DNA from: Oscillospiraceae bacterium
GTDB lineage: Bacteria > Bacillota > Clostridia > Oscillospirales > Oscillospiraceae
NCBI GenBank assembly: GCA_036650755.1
Contig: JAVVZC010000001.1
Coordinates: 1 to 40,207 of the forward strand
Length of the DNA stretch: 40,207 nt
Reading direction: 5' to 3'
A program made the position numbers and the translations under genes. How positions within the stretch are numbered: position 1 is the first letter of the stretch; each line of letters starts with the position of its first letter. This document shows, piece by piece, positions 36,321 through 40,207 of the stretch. The notes under the pieces were generated by a model that saw only the letters and a list, made by a program, of their open reading frames with translations, did not search any database and was not told the origin of the DNA.

Positions 36321-36748
36321 TAGTATTTTACGTCGTCCGCCGTAAGGAGCTTGAAGCCTCGGCTTGTAAGGCTTTCAATCGCTTTTGGCTGGTCGTCGCA
36401 TTTTAGGATGACGGTTGCTTCGCCGCCGATGGGGGTAACAAAGCCGTAGCTGTATTCCACCATGATGTTGTCGGCGGTCAGCGCTGTGAGCGCGTTGTGA
36501 AGGCTGCCCGGCGCGTCGTCCACGGAAAGAGCCACAACGTCGGTTTCGATAACGGTCATGCCCCTGTCCCGAAGTGCCGCAAGGGCGTCCTTTCGCTTGT
36601 CAACGATAAGGCGGACAACGCCAAAATCGGTGGTGTCGGCAATTGACAGCGCCCTGATGTTGATGCCCGCCTCCAGCAGAACACCTGTGATGTCATTGAT
36701 TGCCCCGCGGCGGTTTTCAGCGAAAACCGAGATTTGTTTTAACAGCAT
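36320..36748 (-). CDS. ACT domain-containing protein (small ligand-binding regulatory protein)
   Basis: 142 aa with two ACT-like halves: ISVFAENRRGAINDITGVLLEAGINIRALSIADT and ALSVDDAPGSLHNALTALTADNIMVEYSY. It is translationally coupled 11 nt after paaK, with a GGAGGGG SD. Confidence 0.8.
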   Translation of the reverse strand: MLLKQISVFAENRRGAINDITGVLLEAGINIRALSIADTTDFGVVRLIVDKRKDALAALRDRGMTVIETDVVALSVDDAPGSLHNALTALTADNIMVEYSYGFVTPIGGEATVILKCDDQPKAIESLTSRGFKLLTADDVKY

Positions 36749-36759
36749 AATACCCCTCC

Positions 36760-38073
36760 TTAAAATTTTACCTCACTGCGTTTATCTATAATTCTCTTTG
36801 CCTTGCCCTCAAAGCGCTCAATGCTTTTCGGTTCCACAAGGCGAACCTTTGCGGCGATGCCCAAAACGGAATGAATTTCCTCGGTGACTTTTTTTGTGAT
36901 GGCTTCCAGCTTTCGAACTTCGTCGGTGAACATTTCCTCCGTCAGCTCAACCAAAACTGTAAGCTTGTCAAGGTTTCCTTCCCGCTCAACGATAAGCTGG
37001 AAGAAGGGGGCGATGCCCTCCACGTTCATGAGCACGGATTCGATTTGTGAGGGGAAAACATTGACGCCGCGGATGATGAGCATGTCGTCCGTCCGTCCCG
37101 CGGGCTTCATCATGCGAACCGTGGTTCTGCCGCAGTCGCAGTCGCCCACAAGCCGCATTCCCACGTCGTGGGTGCGATAGCGGACAAGGGGCAGTGCTTC
37201 CTTTGTGAAGCAGGTGAAAACGATTTCACCCTCGGTGCCGTCGGGAACGGGCTGTTCGGTTTCCGGGTCGATGATTTCAAGGAAGAAGTGATCCTCGTTC
37301 ACATGAAGCCCGTTGTGGCATTCGCATTCAAAGGCGACGCCCGGTCCGATAACCTCGGAAAGCCCGTAGATGTCAAAGGCTTCAATGTTCAGGCGGCGTT
37401 CGATTTCCCGACGCATGTTGTCAGTCCAAGGCTCCGCGCCGAAAAATCCGGCTCTCAGGCTTAAGCTGTCGATGGGAAGATTGTTTGCCTCCATAAATTC
37501 CGCGATGGTCAGGGCGTAGGAGGGCGTTGCAAGGATGAAGTTGGGTTTAAAGTCCTGCAAAATTGTGACCTGACGGCGGGTGTTGCCCGTGGAGGCGGGA
37601 ATTGTGGCGCAGCCCAAGGTTTCGGAGCCAAGCCCGCCGCCCATGCCGCCTGTGAAAAGCCCATAGCCGTAGCTGATGTGCCCGATGTCGGATTTTGTAA
37701 TGCCCCCCGCGCCCAAAGTGCGCGCCATAACTTCACCCCAAAGCGCCATGTCGTTTCGGGTGTAGCCCACAACGGTTTGCTTGCCTGTGGTGCCCGAGGA
37801 GGCGTGCAGCCGAACAACCTCGTCCATGGGCACGGCGAAAAGTCCAAAGGGATAATTGTCTCTCAAATCCTGCTTGTAGGTGAAGGGTAATTTTGTAATA
37901 TCGTCAATGGAGCGGATGTCATCGGGGCTGACGCCCGCTTCGTCAAATCTTTTTCGGTAGAGTGGGACGTTTTCGTACACACGGTGAACCATTGCCACAA
38001 GTCTTTCGCTTTGCAGCTCCCGCATTTGCTCTCGGGGCATGGTTTCAGCCTCGACATTTTTGATGTGATACAT
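36760..38073 (-). CDS. paaK: Phenylacetate-CoA ligase family protein (PaaK-like)
   Basis: 437 aa. The N-terminal MPREQMRELQSERLVAMVHRVYENVPLYRKRFDEAGV, KLPFTYKQDLRDNYPFGLFAV and adenylation motif HASSGTTGKQTVV are characteristic of the PaaK family. Confidence 0.85.
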   Translation of the reverse strand: MYHIKNVEAETMPREQMRELQSERLVAMVHRVYENVPLYRKRFDEAGVSPDDIRSIDDITKLPFTYKQDLRDNYPFGLFAVPMDEVVRLHASSGTTGKQTVVGYTRNDMALWGEVMARTLGAGGITKSDIGHISYGYGLFTGGMGGGLGSETLGCATIPASTGNTRRQVTILQDFKPNFILATPSYALTIAEFMEANNLPIDSLSLRAGFFGAEPWTDNMRREIERRLNIEAFDIYGLSEVIGPGVAFECECHNGLHVNEDHFFLEIIDPETEQPVPDGTEGEIVFTCFTKEALPLVRYRTHDVGMRLVGDCDCGRTTVRMMKPAGRTDDMLIIRGVNVFPSQIESVLMNVEGIAPFFQLIVEREGNLDKLTVLVELTEEMFTDEVRKLEAITKKVTEEIHSVLGIAAKVRLVEPKSIERFEGKAKRIIDKRSEVKF

Positions 38074-38101
38074 TTGCTAATTCCTTCTTCTGTGAGTTTT
38101 T

Positions 38102-38548
38102 TTATTTTTCGGATACAGCCGGCTCCTTGTCGGTGAGTATGTGAAGTGCTTCGATGTAGCCCTCAAAGCCACGCCCGCAAATGGATTTGAGACAGGCACG
38201 CCTAGTGATGGAAACGTGGCGGAATTCCTCGCGAATTCCCGGGTTTGAAAGATGAACCTCGATGGTGGGCAGGTCAACAGCCTTCAGCGCGTCCAAAATT
38301 GCAATGCTGGAATGGGCATAGGCGGCGGGGTTGATGATAATTCCGTCAATCCGCCCCAAAGCGCTCTGAATTGCGTCCACCAAATCGCCCTCGTGGTTGC
38401 TCTGATAAAATTCCACCTCCACGTCAAGCTTTTCGGCTTCATTTTTTATGTGTGACAGCAGGTCAGCATAGCTGCGGTTTCCATAGATTTTTGGTTCGCG
38501 AATTCCCAAAAGGTTGATGTTTGGACCGTTAATTACCAATATTTTCAT
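38102..38548 (-). CDS. aroQ: Type II 3-dehydroquinate dehydratase
   Basis: MKILVINGPNINLLGIREPKIYG..., QSNHEGDLVD, INPAAYAHSSIAILDA and IEVHLSN motifs. The real start is ATG 38548, after GGAGGA. The track's 212-aa ORF is an artefactual N-terminal extension. Confidence 0.9.
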   Translation of the reverse strand: MKILVINGPNINLLGIREPKIYGNRSYADLLSHIKNEAEKLDVEVEFYQSNHEGDLVDAIQSALGRIDGIIINPAAYAHSSIAILDALKAVDLPTIEVHLSNPGIREEFRHVSITRRACLKSICGRGFEGYIEALHILTDKEPAVSEK

Positions 38549-40040
38549 AGTAGTCCTCCAAAATAAGCTTTGCGGTTTCGGGGATTGTGCCGTTGTTTCC
38601 GATTGCCACATCGGCAAAATCCAAATACATGGGCACACGCTCTCTGCGCATTTGGAACAGGGCGTCAAAGTCCTTGGAGAGTGGTCTGCCCTCCAAAGCC
38701 AGCTTTTCCATGGGTCGGAGCAGGCAGTATATGCGCCCATTTTGACGCAGTGGGCAGTAGTTTTGCATTGACTTCACAACTCCGCCGCCTGTTGCGATGA
38801 CACAGCCGGTTTGTGCGCCCGCTAAGATGGTTTCCTGCTTTTCAAGCTGACGAAAGCCCTCCTCGCCCAGCTCGGCAAAAAGCTGTGCAACGGGTTTTCC
38901 CGCTGTTTTTTCGATTTCATCGTCAATGTCGATAAATCGGCGGTCGGTCACATTTGCAATTTCCTTGCCGATGGTGGTTTTTCCGCTGCCCGGCATTCCA
39001 ACGATTATGATATTTCCGCATTGGGCACGGAGCTTTGGCAGAATTTTCAGCGCCTCGCCCTCGGCGATGTTCACGTCCAAAAAAAGGCGGGCGGCGATAA
39101 GTGCCTGATAAACCAGCATGGGCAGTCCGTCGGTGGCGGGAATTCCCCGTGCCTCGGCGTCCATAATAAGCATTGTGCGGCGAGGGTTGTAAACCATGTC
39201 AAAAACACCCTCGCAGCATGTAAATCGTTCAAGGGACATGATGGTTTCAAGGTTCCCCGGGAACATGCCCACAGGCGTTGCGTTGATTATTATTTGAGAA
39301 TTGGCGTAGGCGTCCAAATTTCCGTAATTCACTTTCCCTGTTCGGGAAACAACGGTAACGGAGGCGGCACCCATTCTTTTTGAAGCCGCAACAGCCGCAA
39401 GAGACGCTCCGCCGCTTCCGAAAACAAGCACCCGCTTGTCCGTAAAATCAAGCTTTGCCAGCTTTGCCGCGAAAATAAAGCCACCCAAATCCGTGTTGTA
39501 GGCGCAAAGTCTGCCATCGGAGCGGCGTACAAGAGTGTTGGCGCAGCCGGTTTCCCGAACCTCATAGCTCAATTCGTCGCAAAGGGGCACCACATCCCGC
39601 TTGAAGGGCATGGTGACATTCAAGCCGCTAAAACCTACATCCCCAAGAATGTCCTTGAGCCGATCCCCGGTGGTTTCGATTAGCTTATAGTTTCTTATAC
39701 CCAGCATTTCGTAAATTTGGGGGGAAAAGCTGTGAGCCAAATGCTCGCCCAAAAGCCCGAATTTTGGGGGATTTTCCGACAAAGGCGTCAGCGTGCCCTG
39801 ATACTCTCGGGAAAGACTGAGCATTTCTTCAAAAAGTCGGCAGGAATAGCTCGCCATATCGGCGCTTTTTTCGCTGACGCGGGATAAAATATTTGCCTCC
39901 CGTGCCGGGTCCAAAATATTTTTTCCGCAGGCGGCTTTTTGCATAAAAATCTGAGCGCAAAGCTCCATTCTGCAAAGAAAAAGCTCCAATATTTGGGTGT
40001 CAATATCGTCAATCATGTTTCTTGCTTCATCTATATTCAC
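38529..40040 (-). CDS. aroE: Trifunctional fusion: chorismate mutase (AroQ-class CM_2), shikimate dehydrogenase (AroE) and shikimate kinase (AroK)
   Basis: Residues 1-80 look CM-like: R.MID.ID..IL.L...R......QK......ILDPAREANIL. Residues about 93-340 look AroE-like: HSFSPQIY, NVTMPFKRDV, NTDLGGF, VFGSGGAS. Residues about 341-503 look AroK-like: IIIVGMPGSGKTTIGKEIA, DIDDEIE, IATGGG. Confidence 0.85.
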   Translation of the reverse strand: MNIDEARNMIDDIDTQILELFLCRMELCAQIFMQKAACGKNILDPAREANILSRVSEKSADMASYSCRLFEEMLSLSREYQGTLTPLSENPPKFGLLGEHLAHSFSPQIYEMLGIRNYKLIETTGDRLKDILGDVGFSGLNVTMPFKRDVVPLCDELSYEVRETGCANTLVRRSDGRLCAYNTDLGGFIFAAKLAKLDFTDKRVLVFGSGGASLAAVAASKRMGAASVTVVSRTGKVNYGNLDAYANSQIIINATPVGMFPGNLETIMSLERFTCCEGVFDMVYNPRRTMLIMDAEARGIPATDGLPMLVYQALIAARLFLDVNIAEGEALKILPKLRAQCGNIIIVGMPGSGKTTIGKEIANVTDRRFIDIDDEIEKTAGKPVAQLFAELGEEGFRQLEKQETILAGAQTGCVIATGGGVVKSMQNYCPLRQNGRIYCLLRPMEKLALEGRPLSKDFDALFQMRRERVPMYLDFADVAIGNNGTIPETAKLILEDYYENIGN

Positions 40041-40042
40041 AG

Positions 40043-40207
40043 CTAAAACTCCCTTTCGGAAAACTCTGTAGTCCCGCCAAGAGACGAAAAATCGTCAAAG
40101 AAACGGGGATAGGATTTTTTTATGGCTTCCGCGCCCAAGATTTGAACGGGTTTTTCGCAAATTAGGGCGGCGATTGCGGCGCACATTGCAATTCGGTGGT
40201 CGTGGGC
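40043..40207 (-). CDS. aroA: 3-phosphoshikimate 1-carboxyvinyltransferase (EPSP synthase), C-terminal 54 codons only; the N-terminus is off the right edge
   Basis: Not in the ORF track because it is edge-truncated. My own translation is [60 protein letters not shown]...KSYP.FF.D...LG is the conserved AroA C-terminus. The stop at 40045-40043 lies 2 nt before the next ATG. Confidence 0.8.
   Translation of the reverse strand, partial: AHDHRIAMCAAIAALICEKPVQILGAEAIKKSYPRFFDDFSSLGGTTEFSEREF

Noticed and set aside
38549-38740. The N-terminal 64-codon extension that makes the aroQ ORF 212 aa in the track.
   Set aside because: The extension overlaps the 3' end of the CM/AroE/AroK gene in another frame and has no similarity to dehydroquinases. 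The canonical MKILVINGPN start at 38548 has a GGAGGA SD.
1-40207. A window-wide scan by eye for CRISPR repeats, IS or transposase genes, integrases, phage genes, toxin-antitoxin pairs, tRNA or rRNA genes, and defence-system hallmarks.
   Set aside because: I found none. All intergenic spacers are under about 470 nt and are accounted for by promoters, terminators or leaders. Every long ORF has a housekeeping or transporter assignment.

Overview
The window is a chromosomal core region from a spore-forming Firmicute. Gene content and synteny look Clostridia / Oscillospiraceae-like, and the sequence is moderately GC-rich by eye. I call 40 protein-coding genes, 36 of them on the minus strand. From left to right:
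- a MacB-like fused ABC ATPase/permease, cut by the left edge and missing from the ORF track
- a TIGR01440-family protein and a DUF3048 lipoprotein
- rpiR, an HI0933-like flavoprotein, cmk, plsC and an ispH::rpsA fusion
- S2P protease, scpA, scpB, ytfI-like, ytfJ, dacB and rluB
- tig, clpP, clpX, lon and engB
- a metallophosphoesterase and a DUF1540 protein
- rplS, lepB, ylqF, rnhB, yraN and thrC
- degV and a cytidylate-kinase-like protein
- an efflux block: MATE, AEC, an AIM24/TIGR00266 protein and a second MATE
- an aromatic-amino-acid locus at the right end

I saw no CRISPR array, IS element, integrase, tRNA, rRNA or recognisable defence genes.

The most interesting signal is a complete T-box leader at about 34271-34575, which the ORF track cannot show. 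It has a consensus promoter, and its Specifier Loop most likely reads UAC (Tyr). It controls an AMP-forming acyl-CoA ligase rather than an aminoacyl-tRNA synthetase, biosynthetic gene or transporter.

That ligase converges on a shikimate operon: aroA, a trifunctional chorismate-mutase/AroE/AroK fusion, and aroQ. This operon unusually ends in a PaaK-type phenylacetate-CoA ligase plus an ACT-domain protein. Together these suggest a tRNA-sensed aryl-acid activation or salvage branch of aromatic amino-acid supply. That reading is a hypothesis and needs experimental testing.
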